From Gammaproteobacteria bacterium (GTDB lineage Bacteria; Pseudomonadota; Gammaproteobacteria; GCA-001735895): DNA of 64,000 nucleotides. The notes under the pieces are model-generated. The model saw only the letters and a program-made list of their open reading frames with translations. It did not search any database and was not told the origin of the DNA. Below, piece by piece: positions 48,633-58,091 of this stretch (position 1 is the first letter of the stretch; each line of letters begins with the position of its first letter). A program made the position numbers and the translations under genes. The DNA lies in the NCBI GenBank assembly GCA_050298595.1, contig JBNKUM010000094.1:64001-128000 (forward strand). The letters are read 5' to 3'.

Positions 48633-50546
48633 TTAAGGATCAGGCTTTTCGTAAGACTTCTTTTTCTCCATTAAATGTTCAACTAGTGCTGCCTTTTTTT
48701 CAGCTAATAGTTCGATGTGCTCCTGGTTGCTTTCACGGGCAAGAATTTTCTCAGCAAAGTTGTAAAAATCGAGGGTTGTCTGGTTACTCATATGCCAGTA
48801 TCTAATGGCTTTAAATACTACATCTGCAGCTTTCTCAGTCTCTCCCCGGCTCAGGTAGAGAGAGGCAAGATCACGTGAAGCCGGTAAAAAGCGAGGGTTG
48901 GTTTCCAGGCATTTCTGGTAATATCGAGTGGCTTTCAGCTTCCAGTGTCCACTGGAGAGTAGTGGCATTTGTTCATAGAGGCTGGCCTGAAGATAATCGG
49001 CAGCTTCACGATGAGGATTAATCTGTCTGGCTTTGTTAAGGTATTCCAGAGACTTATCGTATAGGAGTTGTTTTTTCTGATCGGTCAGTTCGGTATCTTT
49101 TTCCAGTATTGACAGAAATGTCTGAACATAAAAAAGGTATGGCCGATCATCGTATGGGTATATGCTCATTGCGCTAGAGACTAATGTATCAGCTTCTGTA
49201 ATCTTTCCCTCTAAATAAGCCTGTTCGCCTTTAACGTAAAGATGACTGAAGGTGCTAATAATGGAAAAGTAGACTGTGTAAACGATAAAAATGGCCCCAA
49301 TGGTTAAGCCAAAGATGGATTTTCGAATGGGAATTAGGTCGAGAAAGACAGCAGGTTTTGTATATTTGCTAATTTCAAGGAAGCGCCCTAGTAATAAACC
49401 AATAAGATAAAGAACGCAAAAAACACCTAAATTAAAACTGAAAAAAGAGTGGAACCCAATAGCAGTTATACCCGCTATTAAGCCTGATGCTTCGATTTTT
49501 CTACTGACCTCAATCTCTTTATTCTGTATATATATCCACCAGTAATAGAGAATGGCAAGCATGATCATTAATAAAAATGCCAGACCGGGTACTCCAGTTT
49601 CAATCAGATACTGCAAATAGTCATTATGAGCATTGAGTCCCGCACTCGGATCGTTGATCTGGCGATAGGCAGGATATGTTAACCAAAAGGTACCAATTCC
49701 TCCTCCATACCAGGGCGTATCCTTAAGCAAGTTAATGGCGCCTTCCCAAATCTCACGTCTACCTAGATCGGCCTCCTCTATTTTGTATTCAAAAAAACGG
49801 AGTAAGTTGCTGGTTAATAGTGTGGCTGAAATTATTGCAGTTAGATAGATGGCCAGGTACTGATTGACTACCTTCCGAGTTAAGTGTTGTCTGCCGGCGA
49901 AAAAAATCATGATTAGCCCAATTATTTGACCGGCAGTAGCTCCTCGGCTACCAGGGAGGGCATGACTAAATTCGAGTGCGAACAGGGCGATACCTAAGAA
50001 TAGCCTGGTATTTCCTTTTGGTGATAATAAGAAATACGCGCTGGTAGGTAAGATGATTAAATTGAGGTAAGACGCGTGTGTATTTTTATTAAAAAATAGA
50101 GAATTTGGTGGGTTGATTCCTAGATATACTTCAATGCAGCTGTAAATAAAAAGGATTATTCCTGCAGCAATGACAGACCACCAGATTTTTTCCCAGCTTA
50201 AGGTGTTATTTGTGATCAGGAAGTAACTATATAAACCAACAACTGATGCGCTGATAGTGATTGCGCGTAACAGACTAATGGCTGGAACATCGCTCCAGAA
50301 AACGGTTAGAAAACACCAAAAAGTAAATAGTACAACAAGTAAGCTGATAGGTGGTTTCGGCAGAATTAGGTTTTTTTTATAGTTCCTGTAGATGGAATAA
50401 AGTAATAAACTAAAAGCACTAAATGCGGCTGGGCCAAACCAGAAAAGATCGCCCCCTTGCCATATAATTCCCAATATTAGTGTGATAAATATAATTAGAG
50501 AGTGGGCATATTTTGAGGCTGTATTTTCAAATAGTGTTTTAATCAT
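48633..50546 (-). CDS. O-antigen ligase/Wzy_C-family protein with C-terminal TPRs (candidate O-oligosaccharyltransferase)
   Basis: About 12 TM; GSRG, R..IW, PWYGGGIGTF, AHNDYLQYLIETG; TPR tail. Confidence 0.78.
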   Translation of the reverse strand: MIKTLFENTASKYAHSLIIFITLILGIIWQGGDLFWFGPAAFSAFSLLLYSIYRNYKKNLILPKPPISLLVVLFTFWCFLTVFWSDVPAISLLRAITISASVVGLYSYFLITNNTLSWEKIWWSVIAAGIILFIYSCIEVYLGINPPNSLFFNKNTHASYLNLIILPTSAYFLLSPKGNTRLFLGIALFALEFSHALPGSRGATAGQIIGLIMIFFAGRQHLTRKVVNQYLAIYLTAIISATLLTSNLLRFFEYKIEEADLGRREIWEGAINLLKDTPWYGGGIGTFWLTYPAYRQINDPSAGLNAHNDYLQYLIETGVPGLAFLLMIMLAILYYWWIYIQNKEIEVSRKIEASGLIAGITAIGFHSFFSFNLGVFCVLYLIGLLLGRFLEISKYTKPAVFLDLIPIRKSIFGLTIGAIFIVYTVYFSIISTFSHLYVKGEQAYLEGKITEADTLVSSAMSIYPYDDRPYLFYVQTFLSILEKDTELTDQKKQLLYDKSLEYLNKARQINPHREAADYLQASLYEQMPLLSSGHWKLKATRYYQKCLETNPRFLPASRDLASLYLSRGETEKAADVVFKAIRYWHMSNQTTLDFYNFAEKILARESNQEHIELLAEKKAALVEHLMEKKKSYEKPDP

Positions 50547-50562
50547 TAAGAAGTAGCAGTCA

Positions 50563-52017
50563 TTAAGTCTCCTGATTATATAGTTCCTTCAATTTTCTCG
50601 TCAGCGTATTTCTGCCCCAACCCAGAATTTTAGCGGCTTCTATCTTTCGACCTCCTGTTTTCTCAAGCGCACATTCAAGCAGAGTTTTTTCAAACTGTGG
50701 CAATGCCTGCGATAAAATATCAGTTTCACCGGCATTAATATGCAATCGGGTCCACTGATAAAGCTGGTCGGCCCAGCTGTTTTGGTCACTATATTGCGGA
50801 GTTGGTGATTCGGTATCGGTGGCTGTGCTTGCTGATACGTTCTGTAATTCATCAGGCAGGTCGGACATGTGAATGGTATTACCTGTAGCCATAACGCTGA
50901 ACCATCGGCAGGTATTCTCTAACTGGCGTACGTTACCGCTCCACTCGTAATTGCTCAGGTATTGAACAATCTCTTTACTCAGGTTTTTAGGTGCTTCATT
51001 AAGCTCCAGGGCGCATTGGTGCATGAAATGGTTGAGTAGTAGCGGTATGTCTTCTTTACGCTCGCGTAAAGCCGGTAGATGGATTTTGATGACATTCAGA
51101 CGATGGTATAGATCTTCTCTGAAGCGCCCCTGTGCAACCAGCTCTTTCAGGTTCTGATGTGTGGCTGCAATAATGCGTACATCCGATTTTATAGATGTGA
51201 TACCGCCAACACGAAAGAACTCACCTTCGGCTAGTACGCGTAACAGGCGGGTTTGTAGTTCCATCGGCATATCGCCGATTTCATCAAGAAAAAGTGTGCC
51301 GCCATCGGCCTGTTCAAAACGCCCTTTATGTTGTCCCTGAGCACCGGTAAAAGCTCCTTTTTCATGACCAAACAGCTCTGATTCCAGCAATTCGCTGGGG
51401 ATTGCAGCGGTGTTAATGGCGATGAAGGGTTGATTGGCTCTTGGGCTATGTTTATGTAAAGCATGTGCGACCAGTTCCTTACCTGTACCTGATTCGCCAT
51501 TGATTAATACGCTGATATTGGAGCGAGATAGCCGGCCGATTACCCTGAAAACCTCCTGCATGGCAGGCGAGTCGCCGATAATGTCATTGGAGATTTCATT
51601 ACTGGTTGCTTTGGGTGAAGTTTCGAAACGTTTTTGAGTCGCTGATGCTGCAAGTGCGATAGCTTCATCAATATCAAAAGGTTTTGATAGATACTCAAAT
51701 GCGCCTTCCTGGTAGGCCTGTACGGTGGTGTCGAGGTCTGAGTAAGCGGTCATGATAATAATCGGCAGATCTGGGTCGAAGTTATGTACCTGCTTCATGA
51801 ATTCAAAACCGTCAATACCCGGCATGCGCACATCGGTGATAATGGTGTCTGGTTGATCGGTTTGCTGGCGTTTGAGTCGCGTCAGTGCTACTGAGGCTGA
51901 ATCAAAACTATGGACCTTATAGCTGGCCTGTTTTAAGGCTTTTTCAAGAACCCAGCGTATCGACTGGTCATCATCTATGACCCAGATACAGGCTTCATTA
52001 ATTGGTGTGTCACTCAT
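50563..52017 (-). CDS. ntrC: Nitrogen regulation response regulator NtrC
   Basis: WVIDDDQSIRWVLEKAL, DVRMPG, GESGTGKE, GAFTGA, LGWGRNTLTRKL. Confidence 0.96.
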   Translation of the reverse strand: MSDTPINEACIWVIDDDQSIRWVLEKALKQASYKVHSFDSASVALTRLKRQQTDQPDTIITDVRMPGIDGFEFMKQVHNFDPDLPIIIMTAYSDLDTTVQAYQEGAFEYLSKPFDIDEAIALAASATQKRFETSPKATSNEISNDIIGDSPAMQEVFRVIGRLSRSNISVLINGESGTGKELVAHALHKHSPRANQPFIAINTAAIPSELLESELFGHEKGAFTGAQGQHKGRFEQADGGTLFLDEIGDMPMELQTRLLRVLAEGEFFRVGGITSIKSDVRIIAATHQNLKELVAQGRFREDLYHRLNVIKIHLPALRERKEDIPLLLNHFMHQCALELNEAPKNLSKEIVQYLSNYEWSGNVRQLENTCRWFSVMATGNTIHMSDLPDELQNVSASTATDTESPTPQYSDQNSWADQLYQWTRLHINAGETDILSQALPQFEKTLLECALEKTGGRKIEAAKILGWGRNTLTRKLKELYNQET

Positions 52018-53080
52018 GTTCTTCCTCTAGAGGTAATAATGTATTAAATTCGGTTAAGCCACTTGCGCTATTGCATTGAATAATGCCTTCGTGGCCGGTA
52101 ATAATTTGCTGTGCTATGGGTAGACCCAGTCCAGAGCCATCGGCTTTATCGGTCACCATCGGTAAGAAAATGTTTTCAATTAACTCTGGCGAAATACCCG
52201 GCCCGTTATCTATGACGTCTATCTGCATCACAAGTTTGTGGCGTTTATTTAAAATTGTGTGCTGACGTGAAACACGGGTTCTAAGGGTTATAATCCCCCG
52301 CTCCTGTTCGGCAACAGACTGTGCCGCATTTCTCACAATATTCAGGAAGGCCTGTATCAGCTGGTTTTTGTCAGCGCAGATGTCAGGGAGACTGGGGTCA
52401 TAGTCGCGGATGATTTGCAGGTTGTGCGTAAATTCGGCTAGTACCACACTGCTTACGTGTTCAAGTACTTCAAGGATGTTGACAGGGGCCTTGGTTATTC
52501 TCCGGTTCGGTCCCAGCATGCTATTGAGCAGCACCTGAAGTCGATCAACTTCATGAATGATGACATCGGTGTATTCTTTAAGTTCTGGGTTGCTGATTTC
52601 CCTTTCGAGAAGCTGAGCTGCGCCTCTAATGCCACCGAGAGGATTTTTTATTTCGTGAGCCATGCCTCGTGCCAGTTGTTGGCTGGCTAGCTGCTGGGCT
52701 ATACGTTGCCCTTCCTGAGCTATTTCCAGGTGTCGATCCAGCGGTCTGATTTCTAACAGCAAATTGAGCGCATCAAGTTCTATGATTGGGTGGATAGAAT
52801 AGTCGCAGGAAATATATTTTCCATTGCTCAGGATAAGTATGGCCTCGTGTTCGGTTACCTGGTGATTGTTTGCGACGCTAAACTCTAACGAAGACATGAT
52901 CGAGTTCTCTTCTTGTTTACTCAGTAAATCCGAGAATTTTTTATTAAATAAGGCGCTTTCGCTGGTGTCGAAAAAAACTTCTGCAGTGGCGTTAACCTGT
53001 TTTATTTGTAGATTCGAATTCATACAAATGAGGCTGCTATCCAGATAGTCGAGAATTTTGTTCGCGGTTATTAATGACAT
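52010..53080 (-). CDS. ntrB: Nitrogen regulation sensor kinase NtrB
   Basis: PAS-like N-terminus; AHEIKNPLGGIRGAAQLL, DYDPSLP, DNGPGI, GSGLGL. Confidence 0.95.
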   Translation of the reverse strand: MSLITANKILDYLDSSLICMNSNLQIKQVNATAEVFFDTSESALFNKKFSDLLSKQEENSIMSSLEFSVANNHQVTEHEAILILSNGKYISCDYSIHPIIELDALNLLLEIRPLDRHLEIAQEGQRIAQQLASQQLARGMAHEIKNPLGGIRGAAQLLEREISNPELKEYTDVIIHEVDRLQVLLNSMLGPNRRITKAPVNILEVLEHVSSVVLAEFTHNLQIIRDYDPSLPDICADKNQLIQAFLNIVRNAAQSVAEQERGIITLRTRVSRQHTILNKRHKLVMQIDVIDNGPGISPELIENIFLPMVTDKADGSGLGLPIAQQIITGHEGIIQCNSASGLTEFNTLLPLEEEHE

Positions 53081-53092
53081 AGATATAAATAA

Positions 53093-53108
53093 TGCAATTA
53101 TTTGACCA
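53093..53108 (-). promoter_or_regulatory. Sigma54 promoter of ntrBC
   Basis: Minus strand TGGTCA-AATAA-TTGCA (GG-N10-GC). Confidence 0.7.
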
Positions 53109-53183
53109 ATAATTAAAAGTTGGGCAAAGACAGCAGTATGGCTCTTGTACAGGAGTCAGACTGTTGTATTGCGCTAATGATTA

Positions 53184-53200
53184 TGCCCAAAAATAGTGCG
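53184..53200. promoter_or_regulatory. NtrC box upstream of ntrB
   Basis: TGCCC-AAAAATA-GTGCG versus consensus GCAC-N7-GTGC. Confidence 0.6.
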
Positions 53201-53249
53201 TAAAGCAGTAAGTAAAGTTGGATGCTGATTTTGGGGCTGAATACCGGAT

Positions 53250-53278
53250 AAAAAAAGGCCCCTTTGCAAGGGGCCTTT
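53250..53278 (-). terminator. Intrinsic terminator of glnA
   Basis: AAAGGCCCCTT-tgc-AAGGGGCCTTT with a U tract on the minus strand. Confidence 0.88.
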
Positions 53279-53302
53279 GTATAACCGGAGTGGGTGTGTG
53301 TT

Positions 53303-54712
53303 TTAAACGCTGTAGTACAGATCAAACTCAACAGGGTTAGTAGCCAATCTTACGGCCTGTACTTCTTCGTTCTTAAGAGCGATGTAGCTATCGATAACGT
53401 CATCAGTGAACACGCCGCCTTCTTTAAGGAAGTCACGATCCTGATCTAGCGCTTTCAGGGCTTCGTCAAAAGAGAAAGCGACTTGAGGTATGGCTTTTTC
53501 TTCTTCAGCTGGTAGGTCATAAAGATCTTTATCCATCGCTTCGCCAGGGTGCATCTGGTTTTTGATTCCGTCAAGGCCTGCCATCAGGATGGCAGAGAAT
53601 GCCAGGTATGGGTTGGCAGTTGAATCAGGGAAACGAACTTCGATACGACGTCCTTTAGGGCTGCTAACGAAAGGAATACGAATAGACGCTGAGCGGTTAC
53701 GCGCTGAATAGGCCAGCATAACAGGGGCTTCAAATCCAGGTACCAGACGCTTATAGCTGTTGGTTGAGGCATTAGCGAAAGCATTGATCGCTTTAGCATG
53801 TTTTATGACCCCGCCAATAAAGAATAGTGCTGTTTCAGAAAGGCCACCATACAGGTCACCAGAGAACAGGTTTTCTCCATTTTTAGCAATAGAAACATGA
53901 ACATGCATGCCGTTGCCATTATCACCTACCAGTGGCTTAGGCATGAAAGTAGCGGTCTTGCCGTAGCTATGTGCAACGTTATGGATACAGTACTTTAGCG
54001 TTTGTACCTCGTCTGCTTTCTTTACCAGAGTATTGAAAGATACCCCGATTTCACATTGTCCAGCAGTGGCAACTTCGTGGTGATGAACCTCAACTTTCTG
54101 ACCCATTTCTTCGATGGCCAGGCACATAGCTGAACGCAGGTCATGTAATGAATCAACTGGAGGTACAGGGAAATAGCCGCCTTTTACGCCTGGACGGTGA
54201 CCCATGTTGCCGCCTTCGTAGGTTTTTGAAGTATTCCAGGCAGATTCCTGTGAATCGATTTGATAGAAAACGTGGCCCATTTCATTGCCCCATTTAACAT
54301 CATCAAATACGAAGAATTCGTTTTCAGGTCCGAAGTAAGCGGTATCACCAATGCCGGAAGCATTCAGATAAGCTTCTGCGCGTTTTGCGATAGAGCGCGG
54401 GTCACGCTCGTAACCTTCGCCAGTAGAGGGCTCTAGAATGTCGCAGGTAATGTTAACAGTAGCTTCATCTGTAAATGGATCAAGTACCGCCGTGGACGCA
54501 TCCAGACGCATGATCATGTCTGATTCGTTGATACCTTTCCAGCCAGAGATTGACGAACCATCGAACATTTTGCCTTCTGTAAACATGTCTTCATCCAGTA
54601 TCTGAGCAGGAATGGTTACGTGTTGTTCTTTGCCCTGTGTATCTGTAAAGCGTAAATCGACAAATTTAACGCCCTGTTCATTGATCATATTGATTACGTC
54701 AGCAGGTGACAT
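53303..54712 (-). CDS. glnA: Glutamine synthetase type I
   Basis: [34 protein letters not shown]; ATG with GGAGG RBS. Confidence 0.98.
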   Translation of the reverse strand: MSPADVINMINEQGVKFVDLRFTDTQGKEQHVTIPAQILDEDMFTEGKMFDGSSISGWKGINESDMIMRLDASTAVLDPFTDEATVNITCDILEPSTGEGYERDPRSIAKRAEAYLNASGIGDTAYFGPENEFFVFDDVKWGNEMGHVFYQIDSQESAWNTSKTYEGGNMGHRPGVKGGYFPVPPVDSLHDLRSAMCLAIEEMGQKVEVHHHEVATAGQCEIGVSFNTLVKKADEVQTLKYCIHNVAHSYGKTATFMPKPLVGDNGNGMHVHVSIAKNGENLFSGDLYGGLSETALFFIGGVIKHAKAINAFANASTNSYKRLVPGFEAPVMLAYSARNRSASIRIPFVSSPKGRRIEVRFPDSTANPYLAFSAILMAGLDGIKNQMHPGEAMDKDLYDLPAEEEKAIPQVAFSFDEALKALDQDRDFLKEGGVFTDDVIDSYIALKNEEVQAVRLATNPVEFDLYYSV

Positions 54713-54846
54713 GTAGCTATCCTCCAAAGAAGTTCAGGTAAGAAAATTGATAAGGTTAAGCCACCCATAGGGCGGATGAAAAACAGTAGCATTGTACAGA
54801 TAAATCTAGGCTAGCCAATTCTTACAGCGAGTATTTCATTAATAAA

Positions 54847-54902
54847 TGCACTAAAAATAGCCGCAAGCACTTAAATAGTGCTCTGCGCACAATTATTGTG
54901 CG
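54847..54902. promoter_or_regulatory. Array of NtrC boxes upstream of glnA
   Basis: AGCAC-TTAAATA-GTGCT (54866-54882), CGCAC-AATTATT-GTGCG (54886-54902), half-site TGCACTAAAA (54847). Confidence 0.8.
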
Positions 54903-56020
54903 TAGTAGGTGTTGATTTTCCCAATGAAATCCAGGTGAGTGGCAGCTTCAATTAAGTTCGTTGCCAGTGAGTGGTCTTTTCCGCAGGCCATGCTAATCGG
55001 TAGGATAATGTCGATTTCAACCTGGTCGCTCAGGTAATGAAGATGGATATTGATGATTTTATCCGAGCCTTCCACGCTTTCCCATGATGAGAAGAGTGAA
55101 AACAACAGCTCTGAACGTGAGGGTAATTTTACGATGCTGTCATGATCTATATCTGCGACTGGATCTATATGAACCGTTATATCGGAGATTTCGCTGAAGG
55201 TTTTTTTTACCGACTGCTCTAAATGCAGTGAAATGAAATGAGCTTCAGATACGCTCAGTCTGGGGTTTACACGTATTTCAGTATCGATATAACCTAAACC
55301 GCCCATAGATCGAGAGCGTAGGCTATGTACTGCAACAACACCGCCGGTATTCAAGATATGTTGTTTCACGTTATCAAGCAGCTCCTGATCAAGGCTGGTG
55401 TCGATTAATTCGGCAAAAGATTTTTTAACCAGATGTAATCCCATTAGAGAAATCATAACGGCAACGATTATTGCAGCCATGGCATCCATGTTAGGTGCCC
55501 CGAATATCTGTGCACCAACACCAGCGACAACAACTATGGAAGAAAATACATCTGAACGATGGTGCAGGGCGTTGCTTTCGAGTAGTGTGGATTTGATTTC
55601 ACGGGCAGCTTTTATGGTATAGCGATAGAGGAACTCTTTGCTAAAAATAGCCAAAAAAGCGAAAAAGAGCGCATAGGGTTCTACTGCTTGAGGAGCAGGG
55701 ACAGCGATGGAAAGAATGCCTCGGTAGCCTATTCCAATGGCAACTGCAAGTAAAGCAATGCCGAGAAAAATCGAAGTCAGGGTTTCAAATCTTCCGTGTC
55801 CATAGGGGTGGTCATCGTCTGCTGCTTTAGCGGCATGTTGAGCGGCAAACAGAACGACAAAATCACTTAACAAGTCGGCCAGGGTGTGTATTCCATCAGC
55901 GATCAAGGCAAGACTATGAGCAAAAAAACCAGATAGAATCTGAGCCCCAGAAAGTAGTATGTTGACCAGAATGCCGGTATAGGTCACACGTTTGATAACG
56001 GCATGACGCTGATTAATCAT
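54893..56020 (-). CDS. Cation diffusion facilitator transporter (FieF-like) with extra C-terminal domain
   Basis: ALIADGIHTLAD, HPYGHGRFE, HHRSD, VHIDP, then about 85 extra residues. Confidence 0.88.
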   Translation of the reverse strand: MINQRHAVIKRVTYTGILVNILLSGAQILSGFFAHSLALIADGIHTLADLLSDFVVLFAAQHAAKAADDDHPYGHGRFETLTSIFLGIALLAVAIGIGYRGILSIAVPAPQAVEPYALFFAFLAIFSKEFLYRYTIKAAREIKSTLLESNALHHRSDVFSSIVVVAGVGAQIFGAPNMDAMAAIIVAVMISLMGLHLVKKSFAELIDTSLDQELLDNVKQHILNTGGVVAVHSLRSRSMGGLGYIDTEIRVNPRLSVSEAHFISLHLEQSVKKTFSEISDITVHIDPVADIDHDSIVKLPSRSELLFSLFSSWESVEGSDKIINIHLHYLSDQVEIDIILPISMACGKDHSLATNLIEAATHLDFIGKINTYYAQ

Positions 56021-56243
56021 CGTTGCATTTTCTCACGCGGATAATGATTTCGTAATCGCCCTCGGTAATGCTTTCCAGCTGATGTCCATTGATACGGCAC
56101 CAGGCTGGAATGTCATTCTTGACCCCTGGGTCAGTGCAGGTAATTTCGATGAAATCGTCGATCATGGCCTGATTCACGGCATCCTGAAGCCGGATTACCG
56201 GCATCGGACAAAGTAAGCGTCGTGCGTCAACTTTAATCGTCAT
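56013..56243 (-). CDS. tusA: Sulfur carrier TusA family protein
   Basis: VDARRLLCPMPVI, TDPG...DIPAWC; true start MTIKV (track ORF is over-extended). Confidence 0.85.
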   Translation of the reverse strand: MTIKVDARRLLCPMPVIRLQDAVNQAMIDDFIEITCTDPGVKNDIPAWCRINGHQLESITEGDYEIIIRVRKCNDD

Positions 56244-56247
56244 GGAT

Positions 56248-57291
56248 TTAAACCAGGTACCAGTTTTGCGGCATTTGATGTGCTGCAAGTGGCTTAACCT
56301 TAACAGGGTGTGGGTCAATATCAGGCGCACTATAGCTAAGCTCGACCAGCTCTGCATCCTTACCCTTGCTAAAGCGGGCAACAATAGCACAGGCCAGTTC
56401 AAGCTGTTGCTGATTGAGTATTTCACCTTCAACCAGCGCGAGAGGGCCGCTATGGCTGATGGTTTTAATCGACTGGAACTGATTCCTGTAGCCACTTAAA
56501 AAACGGGTCTCGCCTTCTTCGCGTGCGATAATGAGTTTAAATCCAGCTTCGGGTCTGATATGTCGGCCCACCTTGAGCAGCATGATATCGTCAAGGTCAT
56601 ATTTTTTCTGTCCACGGTTATCCCATAGATCCTGTAATCGTACCGAATAGTTTTCATCAGTCAGAAAGCAACAACCGCCCGCCGGTTGAGCGTAATCCTC
56701 AAATCCAAATTTTGCAGCAAGTTCTATTTGAGGTTTGCGAGACCTTCCAGAAAAGCCATAAAGCTGCTCGCGGTCAACCCATTGTTCTCTTTCTGGCAGG
56801 GTTGGGGGCAGGTTTTTTGCGCACAAAGGACGTAGCAAGCGATCATCTGCTCCAGATTCATTGGAGATGATCGGCATGGTTTCCTTGCGCTGGGACATGG
56901 GTCTTTGGCCGATGACTTCACCAGTGATAATAAAGTCGAAGTTATTCTTCTCAATCCACTGCTGAGCTTTTTTTACCATGAATATTTTGCAATCAAGGCA
57001 GGGGTTCAGGTTAGCCCCATAACCATGACTGGGGTTGATCACAACATCCTTATATTCTTCAACGATATCCACAATGTGCAGTTTGATGCCGAGTTGTTCG
57101 GCAACCCAGAGTGCATTGTTACGTTTTGGTTTAGCCTTGTCCTGTTTACGGATAGCGTGGGTATGACCCTCAACACAAAAGCCTGTGAAGAAGTTGATCC
57201 CCTCAACATGCACTCCCAGTTGCTGGATAACTTTTGCGGCGAGTAGTGAGTCCAGTCCACCAGAGATAAGGGCAACAGCTTTATGAGTCAT
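56248..57291 (-). CDS. ThiI/MnmA-like PP-loop tRNA thiouridylase, no THUMP domain
   Basis: KAVALISGGLDS, NPCLDCK, TGEVIGQRPMSQ, LLRPL, PAGGCC; start MTHK. Confidence 0.8.
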   Translation of the reverse strand: MTHKAVALISGGLDSLLAAKVIQQLGVHVEGINFFTGFCVEGHTHAIRKQDKAKPKRNNALWVAEQLGIKLHIVDIVEEYKDVVINPSHGYGANLNPCLDCKIFMVKKAQQWIEKNNFDFIITGEVIGQRPMSQRKETMPIISNESGADDRLLRPLCAKNLPPTLPEREQWVDREQLYGFSGRSRKPQIELAAKFGFEDYAQPAGGCCFLTDENYSVRLQDLWDNRGQKKYDLDDIMLLKVGRHIRPEAGFKLIIAREEGETRFLSGYRNQFQSIKTISHSGPLALVEGEILNQQQLELACAIVARFSKGKDAELVELSYSAPDIDPHPVKVKPLAAHQMPQNWYLV

Positions 57292-57304
57292 TCGGTTCTT
57301 GCAT

Positions 57305-57336
57305 AAAAAAGGGCTGCTGATTATATCAGAGCCCTT
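57305..57336 (-). terminator. Intrinsic terminator after pilE
   Basis: AAGGGCT(G)CTGAT-tat-ATCAG-AGCCCTT with an A6 run, i.e. a U tract on the minus strand. Confidence 0.7.
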
Positions 57337-57361
57337 ATAGAAAGGAATGGTTAAGCAGGAT

Positions 57362-57763
57362 TTACCAGCACTTTGAAGAATCGGTTCCTGTGCCAGATTT
57401 TTGTCCCAGATTGTTAAGAGTAAGGCTAGTGCATTCAGCATCATTTGCCTGAGATTTCCCGCTGACAGGAGAAGCTGTTAGCGAGTAGGTTGAAGAAGTT
57501 AGTGTGACAGCAATGGTGTAAAAACCTTCTTCGGAAGTAATACTGGCATCGTTGATGATTGAGCAATTTGTAGTGTATGTACCATTTAACGCACGGCATT
57601 TTTCCAAAGAGGTCGCAGTTCGCTGAAGTTCCTTGCGGCCATCGGTGCGTCTGGAGGAGATAATATTATTTTGATATGACGTAAATGCAATGGATGCAAG
57701 AATTGCAATAATCGCCACTACGATCATAAGCTCTAATAATGTGAAGCCAGCTTTTTTAGACAT
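57362..57763 (-). CDS. pilE: T4aP minor pilin PilE
   Basis: AG|FTLLELMIVVAIIAILA, SRRTDG, C-terminal C..LTL...G.K...CW. Confidence 0.88.
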   Translation of the reverse strand: MSKKAGFTLLELMIVVAIIAILASIAFTSYQNNIISSRRTDGRKELQRTATSLEKCRALNGTYTTNCSIINDASITSEEGFYTIAVTLTSSTYSLTASPVSGKSQANDAECTSLTLNNLGQKSGTGTDSSKCW

Positions 57764-57791
57764 TTTGATTTCCGAGTTTGAAGTGTTTTAT

Positions 57792-58091
57792 TTACTTTGG
57801 CATTACCCATATCGTGTCGACCAGGTCTCGTTTGTTTATGGTGATGACCTTAACCTTAACCCAGTCATTGGGCTTTATCATATCTATAGTGCCGGGTTTT
57901 CGGTTTTTCAGTATAACCTTAACTGTTGGAGATATTCGAAAATGTTGGTCATTCAATTGGATGAAATCTCTATCGATTTCATTAACGAATCCAGAATCAA
58001 CCAGGGATATAGCCTGTACAGCACCTGCACTGAAAAAAGAGATTGAAAATAATACCGCAGCGATAAGATTAACGTGCTTTGAAATCTTCAT
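57792..58091 (-). CDS. PilY2-like small exported protein
   Basis: Signal peptide; small beta-rich domain; lies between pilY1 and pilE. Confidence 0.55.
   Translation of the reverse strand: MKISKHVNLIAAVLFSISFFSAGAVQAISLVDSGFVNEIDRDFIQLNDQHFRISPTVKVILKNRKPGTIDMIKPNDWVKVKVITINKRDLVDTIWVMPK

Noticed and set aside
53113-53331. 72-aa ORF between glnA and ntrB
   Set aside because: Crosses the glnA terminator and the NtrC box, and has no supporting motif.
56244-56495. 160-aa ORF suggesting a TusA fusion
   Set aside because: The extension overlaps the upstream thiouridylase in another frame; TusA similarity begins at ATG 56243.
57292-57444. N-terminal extension of the thiouridylase ORF
   Set aside because: Runs through the pilE 3' end and its terminator; the family motif starts at MTHKAVAL.
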